DNA of 64,000 nt from Paragordius varius (Eukaryota > Animalia > Nematomorpha), in contig OZ176050.1 in assembly GCA_964247055.1 (NCBI GenBank), positions 12,834,001 to 12,898,000 on the forward strand, in the 5' to 3' direction. The position numbers and the translations under genes are program-made. Of this stretch, positions 50,501 through 62,954 are shown piece after piece. The first letter of the stretch is position 1; each line of letters begins with the position of its first letter. The notes beneath the pieces were generated by a model, which was not told the origin of the DNA, did no database searches, and saw only the letters and a program-made list of their open reading frames with translations.

Positions 50501-51353
50501 TAATTTCTATTTATACTTTTTAATTCTATTTAATTATCCTTTATCGTTATATTACGGATTTTAACAATTGTTATTATAAAACACTGTTTGCTAGAAAATT
50601 ATTTATACCTTTTTTCCCATTATTTAACTTATCGATTTCAAAATAGTAACTAATTTAGAAATAACTCGGTAAGCATCGGTTAACAACATAATGTAATTTG
50701 TATAAACTACCTAATAACCTTTCTAGGAACATACACCCGTGTTTATGGATGAAGCTATGTGGACTCATGTTTTGGAACAAATCCTATTGGTCGTCATTAT
50801 TTTGGCCCGCTGGCTTCTACCCAAAGGTAAAATGAGTCGTGACCAACTTTCACAATTACTTTTAGTCCATATCGGGATTTCGGCTGACATCATCGAGTTT
50901 CTTGACATGTTTAATGACGAAACTGTGAAATATCACCTAAAGCTTTGTAAAATTATACTTGCCCTGTGGTCTTGGAGTTTAGTTCAATTCCTTTTCGTTA
51001 CACCATTTTCAGCAGGGAGAAAACCAAGATTTGTTTGGTTACCGCTATGGAATCACAGTAGTCGATCGTATCTAACCGATATGTCATACATAAACATTCA
51101 TGTAATGTCTTTACTATTTACCTTATTCATGCAAGATGGTCCTTTCTTAGCCATGAGACTTGTATTAATTTTACGATTCGGTGCCGTAAATTATATGATG
51201 ATATTTTTCACATGTAAAAATGCACTAATCACAGCATTGCAATTATACCGCCTTTGGGTCGTACTCTATGAAAACTACCGAGGTCGTAAAAAACTTAAAC
51301 TTATAAACATAAAACGAACCAGCATTCTTCCTGTAACCAGAAGATCTGTGTAG
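47579..51353 (+). CDS. TMEM26: Transmembrane protein 26, 3 coding exons
   Basis: Exons 47579-47820, 48161-48407, 50727-51353, phase consistent. Motifs ARSLFGLHG, FYLCAVVPSIWLLEL, EQILL..IILARWLLPKG.MSRDQLSQLLL, MQDGPFL..RL, FFTCKN. Confidence 0.92.
48687..50338. mobile_element. CAGTCATGTAT MITE split by a hAT insertion
   Basis: TA|CAGTCATGTATC ... GATACATGACAG|TA. Removing 48829-50255 restores the reverse complement of 6577-6804. Confidence 0.85.
48829..50247 (+). mobile_element. hAT (Buster/SPIN-like) element, internally deleted, with a transposase remnant at about 49560-50090
   Basis: TIR CA(T)TGGTACTCAA / TTGAGTACCACTA and 8-bp TSD CCATAGAG (48821-48828, 50248-50255). Remnant motifs KPFTDSQLIKEC, LQLS, FSIAIDCSTDISSTPQ, TTRGSD, ICTDGCPSMIG. 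Confidence 0.9.
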
Positions 51354-51607
51354 TAAATGTACATTTATTTAATAAATATATATATTTCATCCATAAAAAT
51401 TTACTTATTTGAATGTTAAACTTCAGTTAACTATTTGGGAACAATAATTATTATTTTATAATTTTGAATATGTATTAAAATAGAAAATTAGCTTTTGAAA
51501 TAAACAAAATTATAATAAAATATGGGAATCTACATAATTATCCACATTTATGATAATAATTAGTATGAACAACGATTATACTGGAAAATTTGGTAAGTAT
51601 ACCATTT

Positions 51608-51817
51608 CCCAGTCTAAATAAACGTTTTCCCAGTCAATCGAAACGTTTTCCCAGTCAATCGAAACATTTTCCCAGTCAATCGAAACATTTTCCCAGTCAA
51701 TAAAAACGTTTTCCCAGTCAATCGAAACGTTTTCCCAGTCAATTGAAACGTTTTCCCAATCAATCGAAACGTTTTCCCAGTCAATAAAAACGTTTTCCCA
51801 GTCAATAAAAACGGTTT
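51608..51817. repeat. Ten 21-bp units (CCCAGTCAATCGAAACGTTTT), left TIR
   Basis: Counted directly. The mirrored array of ten units is at about 53848-54057. Confidence 0.95.
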
Positions 51818-52550
51818 TATTTTTGATAATAAATATCAAAACAAGATACAAAAATAACTTTTAACCATTATCAGCGTAATATAAGGATATTATTTTGCAA
51901 AAAAACACAATTATTGAATGACAATTTTTCCCATATACTCCACTACACAATCTTTAACTTATCTTTGAAAGCTATATTTTATTAGCTGGATGAGTATTTA
52001 ATGGTTTTAGAGATTTTTTTAAGAAAATTAATAATTTATTTATTTTATCAATCGTTCGCATTAATATTCGGGGCTAACCTAAAATATCCAAAGTTTCGGA
52101 TTGAATTATAAAATTTAAATGTATTTTCAACTCTTTACAATCAAAAAGGAAACCTTTCAACTTTGTCCTTGATCAAAATACTGTTTTAAAAAATAATTTT
52201 ACGATGAAAAAGTTGATTTTTTGATGAAAAAATATATTGGATAGAATACAAATACATAATATTATGGTACGCAAGTTTATGTTAATTTGAGATGTTTAAG
52301 TATGAAATTTTAATGTTTAAGGGCTAACTGAAACACAAATGGTATATAATCTGATTACCTATATACAATGCAGCGATTATAACGAGTTGATAACCTTTTC
52401 TGTGACTATCTGGTGTGCAATAACTAAAAATATTATACCATTATTTTCTTGTCTGCTTTTAATTTATTGGATAAATACCTTACGTTGATTATTTTGCATA
52501 TATCAGATTATCTATATAAGGTATTCATTTAATTTGGTAATTTTTTAGTA

Positions 52551-53568
52551 ATGTCAGAAACAGGAACCAAGAAAAAATTAGTTATATCTCAACAAGATAG
52601 AAAACGATTAGTAAAACGAGTTTGATGGAGAATGGACTGTGGATGTATCAAAGGATTTAGATATAAACTATAATACTGCTCGTCAAATTATGTATAAATA
52701 TAAAAAAAACAATAGTTCAGAAATTCTAACTCGTGGAGGCACTAAAAACAAAAAAATTACGGAAGATATTATGCATTTCATTGATAATAAACTAACTTAT
52801 CAGCCGTCATTATAACCAGTTAAAAAAAATTTTGGAAGATGAAAAAAAAATAAAATTATCTAAATCCTCTATAGACCGAGTAATCAAATCTTTAAAAATA
52901 ACTTTGAAGTTAGCCCATCATCTTAATGAAAAAGTCAATGATCCTCAAATAATAGATTTAAGGAAAAAATACGCAATATGGTTTCACAATCTTTCTCCGA
53001 TGACTTAACAAACATTATTTATTTGGATGAATGCGGTTATAATAACCATATTAGAAGAAGCCAAGGTCGATCCAAAAGTGGCACGAGAGCCAATATTGTG
53101 GTGCCTAGCGTAAGAGGCAGAAACATCACTTTTTTTGGAGCTCTGTCATTAAGAGGTATGGTTTATTACGAAATAGAAAGCCAAAGAACAGTCAATTCCC
53201 AACGCTTTACAAGTTTTTTTGATGGACTTTGTGAAAATTTAAAGCGGGACGATATTCAATATCATTTTATTATGGACAATGCACGGATTCATAAAAAAAA
53301 TGAATTAAAAGGTAGAGCCGATTTATACAAATACAAAATTGATTTTTTGTCCCCGTACAGTTATATGTTGAACCCAATCGAAATGGCATTTTCAAAAATG
53401 AAAAATTTTGTCCGACAAAATATTATATTAAATAATATGAATGCGAATGTGGAATTAGTGAATCTGATATAATTGGCAGCGGGCTCCATAACATCGGAGG
53501 ATAGCAGAAATTATATTGAAATAATGACAAATATGGTAAAGGCGGCAGCCGGTCTTCCTTATATGTGA
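52551..53568 (+). pseudogene. DDE_3 (IS630-like) transposase with frameshifts and stops
   Basis: HTH region ending RGG, then IYLDE, MDNARIH, PYSYMLNPIE. 34 residues between the second D and E. At least three frame breaks and a stop at 53470-53472. Confidence 0.9.
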
Positions 53569-53847
53569 TCTTTTTATAACATATACAATAAATGAAAACC
53601 ATTTTTTAATATATTATCTAAATTTGTCTCTTTAATAAAATCAAACAATGATTGATTTATTCAGGTATATTTGTGCAGTAATAGTTCAACTTTTTAAAAA
53701 TAAGTCATTAAAGATTGTGTTGTGGAATATATGGGAAAAATTGTCATTAAATAATTGTGTTTTTTTGCAAAATTTTATCCTAATATTACGCTGATAATGG
53801 TTAAAAGTTATTTTTGTATCTTGTTTTGATATTTATTATCAAAAATA

Positions 53848-54057
53848 AAACCGTTTTTATTGACTGGGAAAACGTTTCGATTGATTGGGAAAACGTTTCA
53901 ATTGACTGGGAAAACGTTTCGATTGACTGGGAAAACGTTTTTATTGACTGGGAAAATGTTTCGATTGACTGGGAAAATGTTTCGATTGACTGGGAAAATG
54001 TTTCGATTGACTGGGAAAATGTTTCGATTGACTGGGAAAACGTTTATTTAGACTGGG
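53848..54057. repeat. Ten 21-bp units (AAAACGTTTCGATTGACTGGG), right TIR
   Basis: Counted directly. Reverse complement of the left array, with a different order of variants. Confidence 0.95.
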
Positions 54058-55543
54058 AAATGGTATATTAATGAAGCTCATTTTTTTCAGTTTCTCTATG
54101 TATATTCTCTCCGAGGCATCTCAAATGTTAATTAAAAAAAGTGTAATTACATAAATGAAAGATTTATACCAGTCCAAAGATTTTTAAGCCGAATATAATA
54201 AGAGTTACAACACACGCATTTTTAGCTTAAAAAATTTGGTGGGCGCATTGAAAATATAACAAATAGACATTAATAAGTAATTTATCATATAGCAAAGGGA
54301 TAAAAAATCTACCACAATATATCTACAAATTATTGATATTCTTTCCGTTTAAATTTGGAAATATTCAGATTTTCCAATAAAAATCAACTAAAATATAAAA
54401 ATTGAATTTTATCTTTACAGTTTTTGTTTATGAAAATTTCGAATGAATAATATATTCACGCTAAAGATATCTGAGTACTCAAAATCCAATTTATGAGAGG
54501 TATAAAAATTTTTAGAGCCTTAAAATAACCATTTACCGAACAATTAATAGTGTTAATAAAATAGATATAATTCTGAATATATAATAAAATAAGGTAAATG
54601 ATAATTTTAGATTTATTTTTTTTTAAAGTTTTCGGGCTGTAAAATTTTTGATAAGGCTTGAATACCCGTGTTTTAAAAGTATCATTTATTCAACCATCTA
54701 ATTTTTTAATCTGACTTCAGTCCCACACTACCTGAAAATAGTAGGTATAGAAAAATTTTGCTCTCTTTTATTTGAAAAATTTATCCATAAACAAATTATC
54801 ATATATTAATATTTGTTCTGATACAGTCTAAAATTTAGGACTTGAAAATGTAATGCATTAATGTATTAATAGAGAAATGATTTAAGGACAGGCTTTCTTT
54901 AAACGAGTAGTCATATTAACACAAACTCTTATTTTTATATTTTAATATGCTATTTTAGCAAAGCACATACGTCCATAAGACGTGTTGCGTGTTGTAAACC
55001 TTTGCCTTAGGTTTTCTCTTGTACTATTAGAAAATCTACTACAGGATTATATAAATATGACATATTTTAATCTTTGTATGTTTTGGGATTCGATTTAGAT
55101 AGATAGCGCTTTGACGATCCGACAAAAATCTGCGGATCCAACGCCGCACAAGAATATAAATGCAAAAACTGCGGCAAGCAACTGATTATTCATATTTTGA
55201 CAATAATGTATTAGGGGAATAAAACGCATTTTAGATCCCAGGACTATGCAAAAAAGGCAATTTTTGTATTTAGCAATTAGTCTGATAATTTTTAAATAAA
55301 TACTGTATAAAAACTACCACTATTCCTCACGATAAAATAAATAATAATTTATTTTTGGAATACAAATATATTGCAAGATGCTCCAAATAATCCAAACACC
55401 ATGTTCCCTTTTCTGGTCGTCAAACACATACTTTTACATAATAAAGCAGCATAATAAATATTTTTAGCGTCTGTCTACCAGACACACACAAGTGACATTC
55501 AAAAGCAATCAATATTGCTAAATTATAATGCATGCATGCTGGA

Positions 55544-58500
55544 TCAAAAATCAATGTAATCATCATCGCCATCATTATCTGAGAGGTGCCCATTCATTGC
55601 TGTATGATCATGAGTTGAGATCAAAAAGTCAGAATCATTCCAATGTTCACCCCGCATTTGAGCAAGCAATTGCGCAGCTCCAACTTCACCATCTTCTTCT
55701 TGTTCACCTGCTATTAAGTTCGTGCCGTTTGTAAGTCCTCTTTTAACTGTATAATTTTGTTGACCCTTGTCGTCATCATCATTATTGTGACTAGTTGGAC
55801 TCATTAATACTGATTCAGTATCGTCCTCCTCATCTTCACTATCATTATCGGAATAAGGGGGATCGGAATCATTGATGGTTTTTTCAGTTATTTTTATACC
55901 ATTAATTTCTTCAGTGTGTTGATCTTTCATAGCCTTAATAATTGGATATTTTGGAAGACTTTCACCAGGCAAGATTTCAACGTCATCGACCAAAGTAGTG
56001 GATTGGTCATTATGTAAATTCTTTGTAGTTGCGGGTATAAAATATATAGATGTTGACGGAATGTTTGAGTCATTAGTATCGGCTTTAGTTGTTTGATGAG
56101 CGGTAGATTGTCGTCGCTTTGACTCAAATAATTCCTGGGATTTTGGGCTAAATCTAACTCTCTTCCCTGTGGCATGAGGTGTATTTTGATATTTCTCAGA
56201 TGTCTGTGATGATTGCATTTCTGATTTAAACTCCAAGGCAGTTAGTTCCGAATTAAATGAATTATCAAACTTGATGTTTGTAGCAAAGGTTTGACTAAAA
56301 AACAAAATAAAATATTGAGTAGAGTATTAAATAAGTATTCAAAGATAATTAATATCCATAACATAATAGATTAAAACAAAACTTAATAAACCTATCTTCT
56401 GAAAATGTATCATGCTTTTGGGTTGTTAAAATTATGCTTTCATCATTGTTAAGAGCAGCTGAATCATTTTCCATAGGATTCGGGTCAAGCAAATCCTTAA
56501 GAACGTCATAATTTATTTTGGCAGACATTTTTTTGACCTTAGGCGTCCCCGTTAAAACTGTTTTATGTCCCATGCCTTCATTACCTAAAATGATATATTA
56601 AAAATACTTTTGCTATCAAATAAATATTTATTTAAAATGCATGCTAGGATCATATATATATTATATACAATATATGAAATTATAAAAAAGATTCTAAAAA
56701 AAGAGAAAAACATTCTTATTAAATAATATTAGATAATAGACTTAAAAATAACTTTTAATACTCAAAACAAACACTATTTTACATATGATTAAATTATGGT
56801 TAGGAATACAATGTTTAGATAAAACAAATGGCCCCCAAATAATTTATACATAATAAGCTCTTGCTTAATTTACATTTTTTTTTCGCCTATTATCGGTCGG
56901 TAGTAAAATCTTACCAGATGACATTGTGGCACTACCACCACCTCTTTTCCCAGATTTGTTATTATTACTGGCAGAGGATTTCGTCGTTGATTTTAACCCG
57001 TCATTTTTTCCACCATCATCATTATTCATAGAATCATCAATGTTATCATTATTCGATAGTGTGTTATTGCTTTTTTCCTCTTTAGCCTTTCTCCGTTCCT
57101 CCATAAAAGGGCCAAATTGACGTTCCCAAAGTTGAGTTTTAAGGGCGACTTCATGTGGGCCCAGCAGTAAGGCTTCAATTTCATCATCATCAATGTCCGA
57201 ATAATATAGCTCAGCATGATGATGACTGTTGGGAGGAGATGTTGCTTCTTCGTAGTCGTTGTTACATTTTGTAATGGTATTATCTGATACCATGCATGAT
57301 TTTAAGCCATCACTAGAGCATAATATAAAATGGAAAATTTATATGATTGTAGGTGTTATATTGTGAATTTTTAAATTATATGTCTTAGAATAGAGATGTA
57401 TTAGTTGAATTTATTATGACAAGGATTGCCTATACAAATCTGAAATATAAAAAAGTTTATAAGTTTTTTATAATAAATTATTAATATTGAATATAATTTT
57501 AATATGCGATCTTTCCACTTTTTTGAAATAGAAGTTGTTTTAAGTAACAACGATTGAAAAAGCACAATGTAAGTAAAGAAAATAAAATTAGAAAACAGAT
57601 ATTTATGTAGCGTGAAAAATACGCGTAATTTATTAAAAAATCCTACCGATTGATTTCTGAAGTAGTATTTGAATCCGTTAAACCGCCCAATGATTCGATT
57701 GTAGGAAGATATTTGTTACCTGCAAATGTTTGTGTAAATAAAATATCATTAATATAGAGACATTTTGCTCATTTTAAAATAATAGTATAAGATATAAATT
57801 TTTGAATTTACAACATTAAAAACGCAAATTTTTGATTTAGATAACAAAAATATGTGTATTGAAATTCAAATCACAAGTACATACCGATATTTCGTTTGGT
57901 CTCTGGAGTCAAAGCTATTATATTTTCATCTTTTATACCATTTGTTGATTCAATTGAAAAACCATTTTTGCCCGGCAAAACGCCTTCATTTTCAAGGACC
58001 TGAGAAAGGGCTTGTTGATCAATCAGCGCTATAGCAGTGCATTCCTCATCATCTATAAATCAGAATTTAAAAAAAATTTCTAAACTATTTAATGGAAGGT
58101 TGAATTTATCAATAATTTTTTAACCTCATTAAGTTCCATATAATTTTACGTTGTAAATAAGAAAAAATGAAATGATTACATATATGTATTTATTGATAAT
58201 ATTAATATTTCATTCTTGACCATTTGCAAGAAAATTTTTTGTTACCAGTAAAATTATGTCTACATCATATTTTATATGCAAAAATGATTTCTAAAGAAAA
58301 AAAATATGTAAATTTAACAATCAATACAACCCCAGTATAAATTAATACATATAAAAATTAAACAAAACCATAAAAGGCGTACGTACTAGGATTCAATGGG
58401 ATAGTTGTGCAAAGTAAACCAAAATTTTTTCGTTTTGCCATTTTGCTTTTTGCCAGCTCTTGTTCGATTTGCGTTTGTAATCCCTTAATTTCCTCCTTTA

Positions 58501-60520
58501 CATGATTGAACTAATTAAAATTAAAAATATGTATTAGAATTTGCTATAAATATTTATAATGATTACTGATAAATATTGTATAATTTATCAATTCAAAATT
58601 CTTTTGTAATATTTTAAGCTTTTAAAAAATATATGAATGGAAATATTAAACTTGTTTGCCCCTTATTAAAAAACCATACTTATTTCGTTGGTTTTTGCAA
58701 TACATACCATAAAAATTGCATATTAAAATATAAAAACCTAATAAGCCAAGAAATCATTTAATTTCTTTATGGAAAAAAATTTACAAAAACAGCCAAAATT
58801 AATAATTTTAAAAATCAAATTCAATAATCAAAATAATTATCATAATAGTACCTTCAAAGTATCCATCATTTGTTTTGACATTAATTTTGATTTAGCGAAA
58901 GAGGGCGGATCACATTCTTCCTCTAAATCGATTTCAAAAAATTCCGTCAAACTCAAAGCGGCCGATGGTGTGGCAGCAAATTCTTTAAGCCTGAATTTCC
59001 AGTAAATACAATTATAATATAAAAAGTTTTTTTCATAAACTAAATGAGACAAATAATGTAATTTATTATGTATGATGATCATATAATTTATTTAAAAAAA
59101 TTTATCACAAAATGCGTTTTAATTATTTTATTATACATGATTTGCCATTAAATCATTGTTTTTTATTTTGTCAAATCTCCCATACCTAATAGTATTTATT
59201 GATCAGGATAATAATATTATAATTAAAAAGTTTAACCCAAGTTTGACGTCAATTTTAAATACTTAAAACTCAAACGTACTATTAAAAATCGAAATAACCA
59301 TAAAACATAAGCTTTTAACAAAAAAAAACAACATTTTCGATTCAAGTTTCACCGACATTCCAGTCCTCAAAATCACTAAAATATCACATCCATACATAAA
59401 AATAAATTAGATATTTCAATATATTTGCTTGTATCGCTTTTATATTTAAAAATTGCTCAAATCAAAATACTACAAAATAAAAGTTACCGTTTTTTAAGGG
59501 TAGTTTCTCGAATGCGAACAATGTCCACAATTTGTCGCGTTGTCCGATTGAAATTATGTAAGCGGGCTGCAACCAATAGCGCAGCACCACAAAGACCAGA
59601 TGGACGTCGGCCTGCGTGAATCCAATCCTTTTTCATGCGGTTTATAAGCCGAAGTGCCGTCATAACTACATCGTGGGTATTTTTCCCTGCAAAACAAAAT
59701 TGTTTAGAAATTATATTTTAAACAAGCGTGTATGCTATAAAGTATTCCTAATATTTTCATCATGCGATTTGAGACGTAATAAATGAATTAAACCAAAAAA
59801 TACTAACCCAATTCGAGTTTTTGGGCAAATCGAGGGATGTATAGAGCAGGATCCGTAACAGGTGCATTTATGCAAAGCTCAGAAGAGAGTTTAAGATAAT
59901 ATTTTCCCAAATCAAAGATGGAAACTGAGAGCGCATCTGAAAAATCAAGGAGTAAATGAGTTGTCCCTTCCAAACGACAAACCAAATAAAGTAAAGCCCC
60001 ATAAAGAACTGGATGTCGACGTCCACGTGTTATTCCTTTAAATAAGGCAAGTTTATAAAAGTTAAATGCCGTATCCAAGCAATATGAACTAATTTTTAGT
60101 CGACTACCAATCCTATTTAAATCGTTTCTGGCTCTGGCAAGAGTGTTTTGAGACGATACGGAGTTCGGGACAGAAGCGTTAGATTTTTTATGTTCGTTAT
60201 CTTGTAAAGAGGTGGAATACGATGAATACTTTTTGGAACCACCAATATTCCTTGAACTATGGATAACGCCTAAAATTTGATAATATAAAATTACCATCTT
60301 CATTGACAAAAGTTCCGATAGCTGAAATCGCACCGTTTTCTTCTTGAAATCCAACTTCAGAAACAATCAATACATCTTCAACAACAGATCCACAATTTAT
60401 GCAAACTGAATCACCCCTTGAAATTTTATTATAATTTTACCTAGACGGTTCAGTATCAATGTCAGCAGAACCACAATTTGGACAAGTATGATTGGCAATG
60501 CTTTTATTAGTATCTGCCAT
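55544..60520 (-). CDS. BRF1: Transcription factor IIIB 90-kDa subunit BRF1, 11 coding exons
   Basis: Exons 60520-60441, 60416-60295, 60269-59808, 59686-59488, 58990-58852, 58510-58387, 58052-57885, 57719-57647, 57312-56915, 56584-56392, 56294-55544, all phases consistent. Zn ribbon [56 protein letters not shown]. Confidence 0.95.
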
Positions 60521-62954
60521 ATCGCTAATGCGTGAATGAATATATATCTTTACTTCCTACACTTTTTAAAATTCTTTTACTGCATATTCTTTGACGATTA
60601 GCTTTATCAACTCAGATTTTAAGGGCCGAATCTGACATGGACTATTTTTTTATTTTTATTTTATGAAAAAATTATTTGACTAAATTCTATTTAGGTTGTT
60701 CGCAGAAATACAAGAATCAAAATTTGGATCACTCCATTACCCTAACCATCGTAATCGTGTTGAAATAAAAAAGAGTTACATACCGCATTAAGACCCAAAA
60801 CTGCGATAAATATTTTTTGTTTTATTACAATTGGCCCAAGTTTGTTAAAAAATTATTGGAATTACCATTTTTTCAATTTCGGTTTTCGAAACTTATTGAG
60901 CGTTAAAATTTACAATTTTAATTGTTTTAATACAACATTTATTAATGAATACTCTAATTGTATTGTCTTTGTCTTCCAAATTATTAATAATTTATTTTAA
61001 GTCTTGATAATATTTTTACATAATATATTTTAGCGGTTGTTTGCAATCACCGACGCCTTGTGGCACAAACGTCTTTCTTTTTATATCTGGTGATTATAAT
61101 GCATTTATTTATTTTTACCAAAAATTATACCAGTCAACACGAAAAAATTTTTAAGGGCCACAAAAAATATTTGTCTTGTCTCACGGGCCGTGCACCATAT
61201 AATATTGATAAAATTCGATAGCTGTTTGCCAAATTTCTAGATTTTTATACTCAAAATAAGCGCATAAATAAATTCATAAATAATTCAGGGCCTAATTTAG
61301 AACTTTTAGGGTCGCGGTTCGAGTGTCACTGATTTACATCGTTCCGTAAAATATATAAACAATCATTAAAATCTCATCACTACTTTATATTTTAGGCAAA
61401 ACTTCCTAAGCTGTCATTCATTTTTTAAGATATATACATAAATAGACGATCGTTTATATTTTGGTTGTAACATTTATGTATGAAAGGATGTCCAGATAAT
61501 ATTATATTATGTCCATAAATATAATTTGGGAATTAATATTACGCTTGACTAACGAATGTTCTTTTGCCACCAGTTAGGCACCTGTATTATTTAGATTTAT
61601 ATCAACAATTTAACACAAGGGCTAATTTAAAAAACGCTTAACATCTGACCATCTATAAATGAAATACGATAATCCTATGTTCGCAAATAATAATCGCTTC
61701 CGGGTCTCGATTATAAGGGCATATATCAAAAATATGGTTAAAGTCATGAGTTTGCTAAAAAGGCGATCCGTGTCCTGATTAGCAAATTAAAAACCTATTT
61801 AGATCCTAACTATCCTATAAAAACACAAAAAAATTTTGGAGAATTAATTTTATAGAAAAAAATTTTGATTTAAAAGAGGCCTATCATAAATAAATTATTA
61901 ACTCTTTAAATAATGAGAGTTAATACGCACGCGGTATTCGCTTTTTTCCTGATCCTCTATATTAAGTTAACAGAATCTACGGTGTCAACTTTTAAATGCA
62001 TTTCTGTTTCTTTGCTTATAAATAATCTATTGATGGCATTCTCAAATTTAAACAGTCAAATTTGTAGGAATCTTAAAGGAAACATATTGCATTTTTATTC
62101 ACACATAAGGCTGATTCCTTAAAAATAAATACATTTTTAACTTTTTATTATCTTTAAAGCGGGAAGCGAGTTTTCATTAGGTGAAATAATCACATCTGTT
62201 AAATTTATTAGAGGCATTTATATTGATAAAGACTTGGCGCATTGTTTAGAATTTAAACCACCAATCCAAAGCACCGTATAAACGTAGAATTTTATCGAAT
62301 AAAATTATGGATTGCAAATTATTTGCTAATAGTATTAAATAAGACATCCCTTTTTGAACCACCAGTAAAATTATGATAACCGAAAAGCGTGAAAACAATT
62401 TTTTTATAAATTGTATACATTTTTGCTAATAAGGGGAGACTTGCAATTATAGGAGGAATTACAAGAGACAATTTATTTTAAACGATTTCATATTACGATA
62501 ACTATCTCCAAAATATGACATTTTTAAACTAAGGAATTTTTCGTTTTACCATGGAAGCTATCGAAATTCGCAGGATTAAATTCTCACGGTCGAAACTATA
62601 TTAATGCATATTGTATGCACTTTAATTCAAAACTATTGATTTTAAAATTTTACACCAAAATATGGTTATTAAATAACTATATTTTGCCTTTGCTAGACAA
62701 CAACTTTTATATCACATAATATTTTTTTATGAAATATATTAATGATTGCATTTATTTAACATTAACTATAATTTATTTATCAAATAATTGCAATTTATGA
62801 ACATTTTAGATGCAAATTTATCACCTTTTTAGTTTTTTTTGGTTGTATCTCTTTTAATTGACTCGACTTGGCATGGGTTAATGGGTGTTTCATTTTTATT
62901 ATGTGAGCAAAAGAGATCCATTCATTGTATATAAATTAAAACAATTTTCAAACA

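Larger units (their letters stand above)
51600..54065 (+). mobile_element. IS630/Tc1-superfamily DD34E transposon with TIRs of about 370 bp containing 21-bp tandem arrays
   Basis: TA|TACCATTTCCCAGTC ... GACTGGGAAATGGTA|TA. TIRs at about 51600-51970 and 53695-54065, with a central transposase pseudogene. Confidence 0.93.

Noticed and set aside
51608-51817. CRISPR-like array
   Set aside because: Units are directly adjacent with no unique spacers, there are no cas genes, the context is eukaryotic, and the arrays are part of TIRs.
51576-51851. ORF with (VSIDWEN)n repeats, its mirror at 53814-54071, and the overlapping TGKTFRL-repeat ORFs
   Set aside because: These are translations of the 21-bp TIR arrays (21 is divisible by 3). 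They are mirror images at the two transposon ends, with no sign of being genes.
52551-53568. Bacterial contamination or recent horizontal transfer of an IS630
   Set aside because: Base composition matches the host, the element sits in a TA site between intron-containing genes, it is decayed, and its termini are shared with host MITEs.
55110-55210. Short frame DPTKICGSNAAQEYKCKNCGKQL with a CxxC
   Set aside because: Isolated, lacks the rest of a zinc finger and any linked exon. Possibly TE debris, but not supportable.
59803-60366. ORF-track start MFLKLDFKK as the BRF1 N-terminus
   Set aside because: It is an out-of-frame reading of exon 2. The real start is ATG 60520 with the Zn ribbon, joined via two micro-introns.
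60417-60440. Stop-codon reassignment or readthrough instead of micro-introns
   Set aside because: TAA, TAG and TGA all end genes normally here. Two of the four segments (23 and 25 nt) shift the frame, and all four have GT-AG ends.
61305-61330. B-box-like GGTTCGAG suggesting a tRNA or SINE
   Set aside because: No A box, no cloverleaf and no second copy in the window.
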